Assembly: GCA_051883395.1 (NCBI GenBank)
Contig: JBJETQ010000002.1
Location: forward strand, 16,456 to 80,455
Source: Christensenellales bacterium
GTDB lineage: Bacteria; Bacillota; Clostridia; Christensenellales; UBA3700
Reading direction: 5' to 3'
Length of the DNA: 64,000 nt
The notes beneath the pieces are model-generated. The model did not search any database, was not told where the DNA came from, and saw only the letters and a list, made by a program, of their open reading frames with translations. The position numbers and the translations under genes are program-made. Below are positions 8,465-18,624 of the stretch, piece after piece. Position 1 is the first letter of the stretch. Every line of letters starts with the position of its first letter.

Positions 8465-10633
8465 TTAATTGTTATAATATTCCGTCTTGATTGCACGTCT
8501 GTTTTCTTTCAGATTCTTCTTGACTTGTTCAAGAGTATCGGCATATTCCTTGCACAAATCAGGGAATACGTCTGCTCTTTGATAGCTCTCGGAAGTATCG
8601 TCAGTCAGGCACATAAACCAGTTCTTTCTCGTCTTGTCAAAGAATTCCGGATTGTCGTTTTTATAGCTCTTGATATATTTCCAAGTCAACAATTCGTTAT
8701 CTCTGATAAACGGCATCTCTGCATAATCGGCTTCGTTGCCCGTCTGAATAGCGTGGTCGGTAGTGGACGTATAGCCTACGACGCTTTCAAGCACGTGGTC
8801 TTTGGTAACGGTATATTGGATAGCTTCTACCTGTTCTCGCTTCATATGCAATATAGGATTGTCCTGTCCGTGTATATACACCGTGTTGGTATCGTCTTCC
8901 AGCAAAGGCATCATCGAAACGCCGTCGATATATCTGTCCACGTCGCTAGGCAAATATACTTCTTTGGCAGGGTTATCGCCCACCTTACCGGTAATGCCGC
9001 ACGCTTCAACGAGAGTAGGATACAAGTCTGCAAGAGTTGCAATCTGTTCTACCGTCTTGGCAACGCCTGGCGTTCCGCTGTTAAATCTACCTTCGGTATC
9101 TCCGTCCCATCTGATATAGAATGGCAGTTTCTGACCGGCATTGTAAGCGGAATACTTGCCGCCCCTAAGCTCGTTGGTAGAACCCTGCAAAGCAGGTCCG
9201 TTGTCGGAAGTAAATACGATTATGGTATCGTCCAATACCCCTTTGGTTTCCAACATTTCAAACAACTTGCCAAGATAATCGTCAAACTCCGTTACGCAGT
9301 CGGCGTAAATACCTGCGCCCGTACTACCCTGATAATCGTAGCCTGCATATACAGGAGCATGTGGCCATGGAGTTGCGTAATAAGCAAAGAATTGATTTCC
9401 TTCGTCTATCTCGTTTTCTATCCAGCTGGATATTTCGCTATGTATAAGTCCCGTTGCATTGCTTTGGTCAAGCTTTTCGGTACCCTGTACAATCTCGTAG
9501 CTTCCGTCCTTTTCCACGGAGTGATAGAACGGCGTCATATCGTTTACGTGGTGCGAACCGTAGAAGTAATCGAAACCTTGATTGGTAGGCAGGTATTGAC
9601 CGTAGTCGCCAAGGTGCCACTTACCGAAGCAGCCCGTACTGTATCCGGCAGCCTGGAATGTCTCTGCAATGGTAACTTCGTCTCCGAGCATACCGTCCAC
9701 GTTTGCGCCCAACTCAATGGAGTTGAATACTCTGGTAGTTGCCAAAGGACTGAACGAGTTGACGGTAGGATACATTACGTTGTCGGCGTAGCCCCTGTAA
9801 GGATAACGTCCCGTCATAAGTGCAAATCTTGCAGGCGAACATACGCTGTAAGAAGAATAGAAATTGTCAAAGTCAGTACCGTTGAGAGCAATACTATCAA
9901 TATTCGGAGTTTCAAAGGCAGGAGTCATACCGGCCTTACGGGCATTGTAACTCGTATCGCCGTAGCCAAGGTCGTCCATAAGAATAACAAGTACGTTAGG
10001 ACCGTTTTCATTTTTATTTACGTTGTCAAGATACTCGTCGTGTCCCTTGCTCATATCGAACACTCTTGGATTGGACCTGAGATTGGTTGTAAACACAAAC
10101 AAAACGCTCATACCCACCAACACTACCGATACTGCGCTGGTTATTCCGGTTTTGAGTTTGCCGCTCCACTTAGCTTTGTCCACGATAAGATACATGGTAA
10201 GCAAAAGCAAAAACGCAGGGCCGCAAATAACAATATTGCCGGCAAGTCGGGTCCAGAAGTTGCCTTCTCCCTGCCACAAAGGATGCTCGGAACTGATAAA
10301 TCCTGTCTTTCCGTCTCCTACAAGCGCACCCCAGCCGGCGTCTGCGCCGTTAAAAATAAAGTAAGTTGCAATACCGAAACTTACGGCAACATAACCTATC
10401 AGATACCACAGATAGAGCTTTCTTTTTACGATTACGCCCAGGCTGATAAGCACAGAACTTATAATCATGTAGATTGCTCCTATCAGGACGATGAGATTAA
10501 GGCCGATAATCCATTGCAACAACATCAACACAACGCCTATGCTGAACATAAGCAAAGGCAAAACCTTTTTGCCCTTGTCGAGTGTTACCGCTCTATAGGT
10601 CTTCTGCTCGATGTTTTCCATATTATCCTGCAT
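8465..10633 (-). CDS. Cys-type (formylglycine) sulfatase with an N-terminal 5-TM domain
   Basis: 722 aa. The first ~190 aa contain five hydrophobic helices. The catalytic domain has LVILMDDLGYGD and the FGly motif SVCSPARFALMTGRY (C-x-P-x-R). Confidence 0.85.
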   Translation of the reverse strand: MQDNMENIEQKTYRAVTLDKGKKVLPLLMFSIGVVLMLLQWIIGLNLIVLIGAIYMIISSVLISLGVIVKRKLYLWYLIGYVAVSFGIATYFIFNGADAGWGALVGDGKTGFISSEHPLWQGEGNFWTRLAGNIVICGPAFLLLLTMYLIVDKAKWSGKLKTGITSAVSVVLVGMSVLFVFTTNLRSNPRVFDMSKGHDEYLDNVNKNENGPNVLVILMDDLGYGDTSYNARKAGMTPAFETPNIDSIALNGTDFDNFYSSYSVCSPARFALMTGRYPYRGYADNVMYPTVNSFSPLATTRVFNSIELGANVDGMLGDEVTIAETFQAAGYSTGCFGKWHLGDYGQYLPTNQGFDYFYGSHHVNDMTPFYHSVEKDGSYEIVQGTEKLDQSNATGLIHSEISSWIENEIDEGNQFFAYYATPWPHAPVYAGYDYQGSTGAGIYADCVTEFDDYLGKLFEMLETKGVLDDTIIVFTSDNGPALQGSTNELRGGKYSAYNAGQKLPFYIRWDGDTEGRFNSGTPGVAKTVEQIATLADLYPTLVEACGITGKVGDNPAKEVYLPSDVDRYIDGVSMMPLLEDDTNTVYIHGQDNPILHMKREQVEAIQYTVTKDHVLESVVGYTSTTDHAIQTGNEADYAEMPFIRDNELLTWKYIKSYKNDNPEFFDKTRKNWFMCLTDDTSESYQRADVFPDLCKEYADTLEQVKKNLKENRRAIKTEYYNN

Positions 10634-10785
10634 AATTCCCTCCCGAAAATATAATTTTCATTATAATATGAATTATATCATACCGTTTATCAAAAATCAA
10701 CATATAATATTGCCGAAAGATAAATTATTACCGCTTTACATATCTATCGGTTTATGTTATAATAGGTCAAAGGTGTCCGCACAAA

Positions 10786-12213
10786 ATGGAACAGAGCAAA
10801 ATAAAAATAAGCATCGACGCTATGTCCGAAGCAATGACGCAAGGATTTTATAGCAATATATATCTGGTACTTATAGTGGCAATATCCATATTCGGCTTTG
10901 CATTGAAGGCTGAGTTGTTTGCCATGGGTACTCTCATCATACTGATGTCGGCGTGCCTTCTCTTTTGCAAAGACGCAACGCCGTCTTTTGTTACCTTCTG
11001 TTTTATTTGTATGATGCCGCTCAATTTCTACGGAGCTCAAATGGAAGACTTTTTCCATATGTGGTGGGTAGGAATTTTTCTTGTACCTTCGTTTATCATG
11101 CATCTGATACTCTACCCTGTTCCAAGAGTAAAAATGGGAGAGATGTTCTGGCCGATTGCCTTGTATGCGATTGCGCTGCTTGTGGGCGGAATAGGTTATA
11201 TCAGTCCCGAAGATTACTTCAAAATTCCTGCGCTGTATTATACCATCATGTTGGGACCCGGCATGCTGTGCTTCTATATCTTTTATCAGTCTTATATCCC
11301 GGACAAAACCGAGTCGGCAATCGACTATTTTTCAAGATCGATGGTTGCATTGGGAGTATTGATATTACTGATATGGGCGTCTCAGTATTTTATCGAAATC
11401 AAAGCAGGACGAGAAATAAGCATATTTTTTCCTTACCGTCAATTCAAAAACAATCTGGGCAATTATACTTTGCTCACTATGCCTTTTGCTTTCTATCTGT
11501 CTACAAAAAGAAAAAACATTACGTCTGCTGCTCTGTTTATAATAGGAATTCTTCAATATTCAGCCATAGTATTGTCGGCGTGCAGAGGCGGCACCGTTGC
11601 GGCAACCGTTCTCATGCCTTTCATTCTGGTATTTTGTTTTAAGGGTGCGAGCAAAACCAACCGCAAATTATTTGCCGTGTTATTCAGTATATTGGCGGTA
11701 GCTGCCATCATTTTGTTTATCTTCAACTTTGAAACGATTTACAACAAACTATTGGCGCTCATTTCCAACGGCTCGTCGGGCAGAGACAAACTGTATCAGG
11801 AAGCTTGGCGCAACTTCAAAGAACATCCTATCAACGGCGTGGGTATAGGTTATCTTAATCCCGAAGTATATCCGCTCAAAGATATGTCAATGTTCTGGTA
11901 TCATTCGACTTTCTTCCAGGTTATCGGCTCTATGGGACTTATCGGACTGGGCGCCTGGTTATATATGACTATCGTAAGGCTAAAAATATTATTCAAAAAA
12001 GATTACTTCAACATCTTTGCTTTGTTTGCATTTCTCGGTTTCGAAGCCTACTCCATGGTCAACACGGGCGACTTTTCGCCGTTGCCTTTCGTAACCATGC
12101 TGACGTTCATGCTGACTCTTTGTTCCAAGCACAACGCATTGCGCAAGGCTGAGCAAAGCCGCTCGGCTGCAAATGAGCCTTCACCGCTGATTGCACAAAT
12201 ATCAAATCAATAA
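10786..12213 (+). CDS. O-antigen ligase/Wzy_C-like polytopic membrane protein
   Basis: 475 aa with more than 10 hydrophobic segments. The loop SGRDKLYQEAWRNFKEHPINGVGIGY is typical of the O-antigen ligase family. Confidence 0.6.
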   Translation: MEQSKIKISIDAMSEAMTQGFYSNIYLVLIVAISIFGFALKAELFAMGTLIILMSACLLFCKDATPSFVTFCFICMMPLNFYGAQMEDFFHMWWVGIFLVPSFIMHLILYPVPRVKMGEMFWPIALYAIALLVGGIGYISPEDYFKIPALYYTIMLGPGMLCFYIFYQSYIPDKTESAIDYFSRSMVALGVLILLIWASQYFIEIKAGREISIFFPYRQFKNNLGNYTLLTMPFAFYLSTKRKNITSAALFIIGILQYSAIVLSACRGGTVAATVLMPFILVFCFKGASKTNRKLFAVLFSILAVAAIILFIFNFETIYNKLLALISNGSSGRDKLYQEAWRNFKEHPINGVGIGYLNPEVYPLKDMSMFWYHSTFFQVIGSMGLIGLGAWLYMTIVRLKILFKKDYFNIFALFAFLGFEAYSMVNTGDFSPLPFVTMLTFMLTLCSKHNALRKAEQSRSAANEPSPLIAQISNQ

Positions 12214-12252
12214 TAATTCAACAAGTCATTTTATGATTTTGTCAATCTTCAA

Positions 12253-12285
12253 TAAAAAAAGTGCGCCGCTGCGCACTTTTTATTT
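12253..12285. terminator. Bidirectional intrinsic terminator between convergent genes
   Basis: AAAAAAA-AGTGCGC-cgct-GCGCACT-TTTTTATTTTT. Confidence 0.8.
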
Positions 12286-13326
12286 TTATTCGTCATCTGC
12301 TATTGACTCAAACGTCTTAACGTCAATACCGAGCATATCCAACAACTCTTGCTGTTGCAGAACTTTCAATCTGCTATCGGGCTGACTTGCCAGTTTCTTT
12401 GCCATTTTGCTTCTATCGCATTCCTGCTCCCCTTGGACAAAATAATCGCTCTTGCCTACCTTGCTGCAATAAAATCCGCCACGACGCCTTATCTCCTGTG
12501 CCAAAAACATTGCCTTGCCAAAGTGGTTGTCTTCAATATCCTTACTCAGACAAAAATACTTTTCTTTCACTTTTTCGTTTTTTGGCAACCTTCGGTCTAT
12601 TTTAATTTTTCTCGCCACGTCGAGTATCTTTTTAGAACTGCTCTCCACGACAAAATTATTGACGATATTTCCGTCGTCCTTGACGGTATAAAAGGCGTTA
12701 GGGAGTTTTCCGAATATTCCGTCAAGATTCGTGTCGAATTCTTCGCACAGTTTTTTCATCACCGACATAGTAAGGTATGCGTCGTAATCGCTCCTGTGCA
12801 GGTCGGTAACTTCTATTCCGTACTTTTCGCAAAGCTTGCTCAGAGAACTTTCGTTTTTCTCCTTATGCAGCAGCTTATACAATACCTGAGTGTCATAAGC
12901 GTTGTAACCAAAAGTCGGCTTGTTATAGCGTTTACATTCCGACAAAACGAAATGTATATCGTTGATGACGGAATGTCCGAACACCAATTGGTCTAGATAG
13001 GTCAACAAATTTTTGATGGTAGGATAGTAATAATCAAAATCGGGCGACGCCAGAAACATATCCAACGGATAACTCAATTCTATATCTTCGCCTTCTTTAC
13101 GCCTGTTTTTGAGATGAAATTTGGTCTTTGGATTTATCAAAATGTCCTTTTGTTCTATTATCTCAAAATTTGTATCGGTGATAACGTAACCGAAACTACA
13201 AATTTTGCCGTGTCCGTTAAAACAATTGGCGCATTCTATGTCAAAAAATAAATATCTCACGGCAACCTTCCTTTGTCCTGCCACAAGTATAAACTTTTTC
13301 GACACATTTTTCAAGTACAAAACCAA
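12286..13326 (-). CDS. DEDDh-type 3'-5' exonuclease domain protein
   Basis: 346 aa with exo motifs YLFFDIECAN, FGHSVINDIHFV and HRSDYDAYLT (H-x4-D), plus a C-terminal extension of unknown function. Confidence 0.7.
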   Translation of the reverse strand: MVLYLKNVSKKFILVAGQRKVAVRYLFFDIECANCFNGHGKICSFGYVITDTNFEIIEQKDILINPKTKFHLKNRRKEGEDIELSYPLDMFLASPDFDYYYPTIKNLLTYLDQLVFGHSVINDIHFVLSECKRYNKPTFGYNAYDTQVLYKLLHKEKNESSLSKLCEKYGIEVTDLHRSDYDAYLTMSVMKKLCEEFDTNLDGIFGKLPNAFYTVKDDGNIVNNFVVESSSKKILDVARKIKIDRRLPKNEKVKEKYFCLSKDIEDNHFGKAMFLAQEIRRRGGFYCSKVGKSDYFVQGEQECDRSKMAKKLASQPDSRLKVLQQQELLDMLGIDVKTFESIADDE

Positions 13327-14412
13327 TTATTCTACATAAATTTTATCAATTCTTTTTCCTACCCTTGCCAGAAGCTCATATACGGAGCTATCGGAAATGC
13401 TCGCCAAATAATTCAAATCAACGTTGTCGCCCCACATTTCCGCCACGTCTCCGACGCATATTCCGTCTATTTCGCTTGCGTCTATCATACACATATCCAT
13501 GCAGACTCTGCCAACAATCGGTGCCTTTTTCCCCCTGATTTTCACTATGCCTTTATTTGACAACGCCAACGGATAGCCGTCGGCATAACCTATGGCAAGA
13601 GTAGCCAGCAGAGTATCCTTTTGCGCAATCCACGCTTCGTCGTATCCCACGGGCGTACCGGCAGCAACTGTCCTTAGCGATATTACTTTACTATACAAAC
13701 TCATAGCGGGAGCCAGCCGCCCATTACTGTCCCCGTAGCCGTACATTGCCATTCCTATACGCACAGCGTTACCCCATATCTCTCCGCCATTCAATACGTC
13801 GTCGGTCGCCGACAAGTGCAACACTCCCGTATTTATTCCCCTGCTTATCAATTGTTGAGTCCATCGTCTCAATTTTGATTTTTGCGCATACGTATCGATT
13901 TTTTTGCCGTCTTTTGTAGTGTTGATATGAGAAAAAATACCATAGATTTCCACGTTGTCGCTGTCGTTGACTTTTTCTATCAATTTGGTTGCTTCGTCTC
14001 CTATTTCGGCGCCCAGTCTGTTCATATTACAACACACCGCAACGTTGACTCTCGCCACCGTCTTCATTTGTTTTGCGGCAGCCGATATTTCATCGAGATT
14101 GCTTTGGTCCTGCACCGTCAGCACCATATTATATTCCACAGCTCGCCTGACGTCCCGACTCAACAGCGGCTCCAACACCAAAATATCATTTTTGATGTGA
14201 TTTTCAACAAGTTCAATTCCTTCGTCGCACGTTGCCACGCACAATGCGCTCACTTCCTTTTCAACAGCCCCGGACACGGCTACTGCGCCGTGTCCGTAAG
14301 CGTCTGCCTTTACCACTCCCATCACGTTTCTGACCGGCGTCGTTTTCTTTACGTATCTTAAGTTATTCACTATTCGGGCAAGGTCTATTGTAGCATAACA
14401 TCTATCCGTCAT
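13327..14412 (-). CDS. alr: Alanine racemase
   Basis: 361 aa with the PLP-lysine motif VVKADAYGHG and C-terminal VCMDMCMID. It overlaps dat by 11 nt. Confidence 0.9.
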   Translation of the reverse strand: MTDRCYATIDLARIVNNLRYVKKTTPVRNVMGVVKADAYGHGAVAVSGAVEKEVSALCVATCDEGIELVENHIKNDILVLEPLLSRDVRRAVEYNMVLTVQDQSNLDEISAAAKQMKTVARVNVAVCCNMNRLGAEIGDEATKLIEKVNDSDNVEIYGIFSHINTTKDGKKIDTYAQKSKLRRWTQQLISRGINTGVLHLSATDDVLNGGEIWGNAVRIGMAMYGYGDSNGRLAPAMSLYSKVISLRTVAAGTPVGYDEAWIAQKDTLLATLAIGYADGYPLALSNKGIVKIRGKKAPIVGRVCMDMCMIDASEIDGICVGDVAEMWGDNVDLNYLASISDSSVYELLARVGKRIDKIYVE

Positions 14413-15238
14413 ATCCCACCTGCTCTTTTATACGGTTCTGTATGTATTGTACAATCTCTTGCGACCTTCCGCCCACTTTCATTCCGTCAATACTTACAAC
14501 TCTCATACAAGGAGCGCCCGAACTGCAAACAATCACTTCATCGGCTTCATACAGCTCCGCAATTCCAAAATCTCTCTCCTGTACGTCCATACACATCTCT
14601 TTGCCAATCGCTCTGATTTTTTCTCGGCTCACGCCTTTGAGACAACTGCCATTGCATATAGGAAAGACAAGTTTGCCGCCTTTTACAAAGCCGATACTGC
14701 TGTGGCTGCACTCTCTTACTATTCCGTCTCTTATCAATACACATTCGTCTGCAAGACACCTTGCGGCATAATTGCTCGCCATGACGTTACACAACAGATT
14801 GAGCGACTTGACGTTGCACAGCTCGTGTCTTACATCTGTCATCGTAACCAATTTATACGGCAAGCTCATATCTTTGATTTTATGCGGTCTAATCATTATC
14901 CACAAGTTTGCCGCCATATCAGGTGCATACTCGTGTTTTCTCACGCCGCTCCCTCTCGAAATCTGAACGTAAATCTGCAAGTCCGAATCGTCCGCCAATT
15001 CAACGAGCCTGCAAATCGTTTCCGCCAAAAACTCCTTGTCAAAAGTCGGTTTTATACCCAATATCGAGCAACCTTCCCACAGCCTGTTCAGATGTTCTTC
15101 CAGCGCATAGGGTTTGCGCCCAAAGGCATAAGTAACTTCATACAGTCCGTCGCCAAAATAGCACGCCCTGTCAAGCATGGGAACCTGCATTTTATGCAAT
15201 TCGTCTATCCTGCCATTGTAATATCCTATTTCCTTCAT
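14402..15238 (-). CDS. dat: D-amino-acid (D-alanine) aminotransferase, class IV
   Basis: 278 aa with FGDGLYEV and the catalytic-Lys region VKSLNLLCNV, which matches the D-AAT pattern as I recall it. It is operonic with alr. Confidence 0.8.
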   Translation of the reverse strand: MKEIGYYNGRIDELHKMQVPMLDRACYFGDGLYEVTYAFGRKPYALEEHLNRLWEGCSILGIKPTFDKEFLAETICRLVELADDSDLQIYVQISRGSGVRKHEYAPDMAANLWIMIRPHKIKDMSLPYKLVTMTDVRHELCNVKSLNLLCNVMASNYAARCLADECVLIRDGIVRECSHSSIGFVKGGKLVFPICNGSCLKGVSREKIRAIGKEMCMDVQERDFGIAELYEADEVIVCSSGAPCMRVVSIDGMKVGGRSQEIVQYIQNRIKEQVGYDG

Positions 15239-15336
15239 ACAATCACCACAATATTATATGGCGGCAAATTGCTCTATATGAAAGCCCAATCAGCTGCACG
15301 ACAACTCCTATTTATCGTAAGTTATCAGTATTCCAC

Positions 15337-15367
15337 AAAAAAACGCTCCCCATTCAGGGAGCGTCGT
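15337..15367 (-). terminator. Intrinsic terminator
   Basis: On the minus strand, ACGCTCCC-tgaat-GGGGAGCGT is followed by TTTTTTT, 22 nt after the stop at 15390. Confidence 0.8.
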
Positions 15368-15389
15368 TTAGTCGTTTATCTGCCTATCT

Positions 15390-16748
15390 TCAAGCATTTA
15401 CTTTCTTTGCCTTTTTCTTTTCTTTATAATCGGTAACTATCATCGCAATAGCGAAAGCAACTATAATTGCCGCAATATCTGCCAACAATATCGTCTTGAC
15501 GCTAAGTCCGTCAATCGACACAGGTTGAGCGGCTTGCAATTTGACAACGGCATTTTTGAGATTTTCAACGTCGTTGAATTCCGCAATAGCAGCATTCAAT
15601 TTTTTGGTACTTTCTTCAAGCCCTGCCGCTATAGAACTTACCATACTATCGGCGGTCGCTATCATTTTTTCTTTATCTTGTGCAGAAGCAGTAGAAAATC
15701 CCGAAGAAGCTCCGTATCCTGCCTGCAACTCTTCTATATAGGTCAATCTCTTATTTGCCGCAGCCTTTTGCGATTCCAAATCAAGCAGTTTGTTGACCAA
15801 TGCAAAATAGTTGGAGTCGTCATAGTTGAGCGTGCCGTCCTGACTTACTTTAATATTGCCAAGTCCTTCGGCAAATTTGTCCAGGCTTGCGGTTGTCGTT
15901 GTAATCATACTTGTCAAAGAAGAAATCTCGCTCTGAGTTTCGTTCTTTATCTGTTGCAAATAAGCTACTTCGCTGGAAGTAGTCGATTGACTCGATTCCA
16001 CGCCTGTTTCGCTGGCATAAGCTTTGAGCGCAATCAACATAGTCTCGTTAGTCTGCAATTCAGCCACGATATCCGAAAAAGTCATTTTCGACTCAGTCGC
16101 TCTGAAAGAAGGGTTGACCGCCGACATAGACTCCGCAACTTTGATAGAGTTGTTCATATTGTTTTCCATTGTATCAATTGCCTGAATATAATTATATTTC
16201 TTGACCGTGTCGGCACTAATCGACTGAGCATAGTTGGTATAACTATATTTATCTTTATAATTTTTGATAAACACGTCGCATATATTATCGAGCAATTCCT
16301 GTGTTTTCTCTTTCGAAAGGCCTATACTCTTACAATTTGAAAGGGTAACGGTATATGAGAAAGAAGTATTCACCTGACTGGTATCGCTAGCGTCGAAGTC
16401 GGCAGTAACCGAAATAGCGGATATTACACTTGGCAACAGTTTAATTCTTTCTTCTTCGTTCAAACCTATATTTTCAAGAGCCTGATTTACAACGTAGGTC
16501 GATTTTATTTCGCCACTCGGGTCAAACTGAGTGTTCCAAGGCGACATTCCCTTGTTGGCATATTCGTTGGCAAACATAACCTTAGCGTTATAGCTGTAAC
16601 CCTTGGTTGCGACAGAAACTATACCGAGTACCGTAGTAAGCACAACAACTGCAATCAGGGCATATACCAATATCCTTACTCCTGCCTTTTTTAGCTTTTT
16701 CCATATCATCTTGAAAGTCAACTCAGAGTTGTCATTTATCTCATCCAT
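15390..16748 (-). CDS. Bitopic membrane protein, Wzz/polysaccharide co-polymerase-like (putative)
   Basis: 452 aa with TM helices near both termini (VRILVYALIAVVVLTTVLGIV and ILLADIAAIIVAFAIAMIV) flanking a long, probably coiled, extracytoplasmic region. The call rests on topology only. Confidence 0.4.
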   Translation of the reverse strand: MDEINDNSELTFKMIWKKLKKAGVRILVYALIAVVVLTTVLGIVSVATKGYSYNAKVMFANEYANKGMSPWNTQFDPSGEIKSTYVVNQALENIGLNEEERIKLLPSVISAISVTADFDASDTSQVNTSFSYTVTLSNCKSIGLSKEKTQELLDNICDVFIKNYKDKYSYTNYAQSISADTVKKYNYIQAIDTMENNMNNSIKVAESMSAVNPSFRATESKMTFSDIVAELQTNETMLIALKAYASETGVESSQSTTSSEVAYLQQIKNETQSEISSLTSMITTTTASLDKFAEGLGNIKVSQDGTLNYDDSNYFALVNKLLDLESQKAAANKRLTYIEELQAGYGASSGFSTASAQDKEKMIATADSMVSSIAAGLEESTKKLNAAIAEFNDVENLKNAVVKLQAAQPVSIDGLSVKTILLADIAAIIVAFAIAMIVTDYKEKKKAKKVNA

Positions 16749-16787
16749 CTAATTTTTCCTCCATGTGCAAGACGTGCCTATGAAAAT

Positions 16788-16816
16788 AATATAACATAAT
16801 TATATTATCTTGTCAA
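16788..16816 (-). promoter_or_regulatory. Sigma-A-type promoter for the Wzz-like gene
   Basis: The minus strand reads TTGACA-17 nt-TATATT. RBS GGAGGAAAAA lies before the ATG at 16748. Confidence 0.55.
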
Positions 16817-16855
16817 ACGCAATGCTTTGACATAACGTCTGATTTCCTGACAATT

Positions 16856-17464
16856 TTACTGACGATTTTTGGAAAATTCACATCCGCAATAATTCTGTCT
16901 GTAAAATCCCATCTGCCTACTTATGGCACAGGAACGTTTATACCCTTCTTTTTTCTTGAAGTCGTTCGGCAGATGCTTTACCCCGTAACGCTGTTGACAG
17001 CTTATACCTATTTCATTTAAAACGGCGCTGTCTTTATGTGGAGACACCGACAGCGTAGAAGCAAAATAATCGTAACCGTCCCGCTTGGCAATCTGTGCGG
17101 TAAAAGCCAGTCTCATAGCATAACAGGCTCTGCATCTTTCTCCGCCTTCCGGGCAGTTTTCTCTGCCTGCCGATATTTTATAAAAATCTGATTTTTGATG
17201 ACCTGTATCGAGTAATTTGACTTTTCCGTCATAGCTATCTACCAATCTCAATACTTCGTTTTTTCTAAGCAGATACTCCTGTTCGTCCGTAATATTCGGG
17301 TTGTAAAACAAAAGCGTAACGTCAAACGGTTCTGCCAGCAATTCAAGGCATGCTCCTGCACAGGGTGCGCAACAGACGTGCAACAATAGTCTGGGGCGTA
17401 TTCCCATTCTCGCATTGTTTTGTATGACGTCGGTCATTTGTTGGTAATAATTTTCTTTCATCAA
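16856..17464 (-). CDS. queH: Epoxyqueuosine reductase QueH (DUF208)
   Basis: 202 aa with LLLHVCCAPCAGACLE, TLSVSPHKDS and the C-terminal YRQNYCGCEFS. It overlaps the upstream gene by 4 nt. Confidence 0.85.
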   Translation of the reverse strand: MMKENYYQQMTDVIQNNARMGIRPRLLLHVCCAPCAGACLELLAEPFDVTLLFYNPNITDEQEYLLRKNEVLRLVDSYDGKVKLLDTGHQKSDFYKISAGRENCPEGGERCRACYAMRLAFTAQIAKRDGYDYFASTLSVSPHKDSAVLNEIGISCQQRYGVKHLPNDFKKKEGYKRSCAISRQMGFYRQNYCGCEFSKNRQ

Positions 17465-18618
17465 TACGCTTCTTCCAACAGATTGATAATAAAGGAATAA
17501 CTGAATTCTTCCGACTGTACGTCTGCGGCGGCTATGGTTTCTTCGGCAATCGAAGCAAAATCCGACTTTGCAATATTAAAGTCGCTCAGTCTGCTGTTAT
17601 AGTTTACCACATTGTCAATCTCGCTATACAGGCTTAGTATCTTATCCACAACCACTTTTACGTCGTCGTCGCTCGTATCGTCGTCATTGTCTACACATAT
17701 TCTCAGCTCTCCAAGAAGCTGCCTGTTGACATTGGTTCGTTCGATATAATGTCTGAACAATATTGCCATCACGTTTGCCTGATTGACTTTGTAGCGGTCG
17801 CTAATGACGTCGCTTAGCACCGCCAAAAAGTTCTTTTCTATCTGATAATAACCACAGCCTGCTATTACCACAGCCGACATTATCTCCCTGCGATGGTCCT
17901 TGTCTGCGTTTTGCAAAATACCTTTGACAAGGTGGTCCTGTATAATCTCTATTGCGGTCAGAGCATACGGCTTGGTATACAGTCTGTCCCCGCTTTTTAC
18001 GTAGCCGTCCACAGCCATAGCCAAAGCGTACAGTCCGTAAGACGCTACTGCTTTTGGCGGAGTAATATCCGTCATTCTTGAATCTACAACCACGGCGTCG
18101 CTCTGCGCATACACGCTGTCAAACTGATAGATAGTCTTGTGGTCAGGAGAATAAATTCTCACCTTGTTGGAACATTCTATACCGCTTGCATAATTGGTTG
18201 GTACGACAAACGTAGGAATCTTTTTTACTTCTATGCTGCTCAATTCTCTGCCTTCATAGTCGGATACGTTCATCGTTCCTTCACACAGCATGATTTTGCT
18301 TACCTTTCCTGCGCTCATCACCGCTTTTTTACCTAGCAAAATCAAACAGTCGCTTGCGCTTTTGTTAAATTCTCTCACCAATCTCTCGCAGTCGTCGCTT
18401 GTCGCAACGTCTCCGATAAGATGATCAATATAATTGATATTTACGTCGGTGCCGTCAAAAGCTTTCAACAAAATACTCTTATATCCCAGTCTTCTCGCCA
18501 TGTCGTCGCATACAAGCATAGGTCTGTCGCAACCGGCAAGTTTTATCTCGTAAGCAAGATTTTCCAGCGACTTTTCGCCTATGATAAATTTTATATTATT
18601 GTCAGAAATTTTAGCCAT
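17461..18618 (-). CDS. Fe-ADH/DHQS-fold protein with degenerate cofactor and metal motifs (probable pseudoenzyme)
   Basis: 385 aa, colinear with iron-containing alcohol dehydrogenases. GGGS is replaced by LLGKKAV, and the D/H metal ligand positions read YGLYALAMAVDGY and GCGYYQ...VNQAN. Confidence 0.6.
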   Translation of the reverse strand: MAKISDNNIKFIIGEKSLENLAYEIKLAGCDRPMLVCDDMARRLGYKSILLKAFDGTDVNINYIDHLIGDVATSDDCERLVREFNKSASDCLILLGKKAVMSAGKVSKIMLCEGTMNVSDYEGRELSSIEVKKIPTFVVPTNYASGIECSNKVRIYSPDHKTIYQFDSVYAQSDAVVVDSRMTDITPPKAVASYGLYALAMAVDGYVKSGDRLYTKPYALTAIEIIQDHLVKGILQNADKDHRREIMSAVVIAGCGYYQIEKNFLAVLSDVISDRYKVNQANVMAILFRHYIERTNVNRQLLGELRICVDNDDDTSDDDVKVVVDKILSLYSEIDNVVNYNSRLSDFNIAKSDFASIAEETIAAADVQSEEFSYSFIINLLEEAY

Positions 18619-18624
18619 ATTACC

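Noticed and set aside
8465-10633. Calling the 5-TM sulfatase-fold protein an LtaS/phosphoglycerol transferase
   Set aside because: It has the Cys-type formylglycine motif C-S-P-A-R and an adjacent radical-SAM maturase. These features define true sulfatases rather than Thr-nucleophile transferases.
8432-10654. 740-aa ORF on the plus strand, the longest plus-strand ORF in the region
   Set aside because: It is exactly antisense to the sulfatase gene, which has unambiguous family motifs. Its product is compositionally odd (rich in R, C, H, V and F), has no RBS and matches no family. It is a shadow ORF.
13879-13905. Copy of the palindrome element inside the alr coding sequence
   Set aside because: It matches only 12/16 of the core and encodes a plausible GKKIDTYAQKS segment of alanine racemase. 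It is not called as a feature, although the A-run flanks in the sense orientation are noted in the finding.
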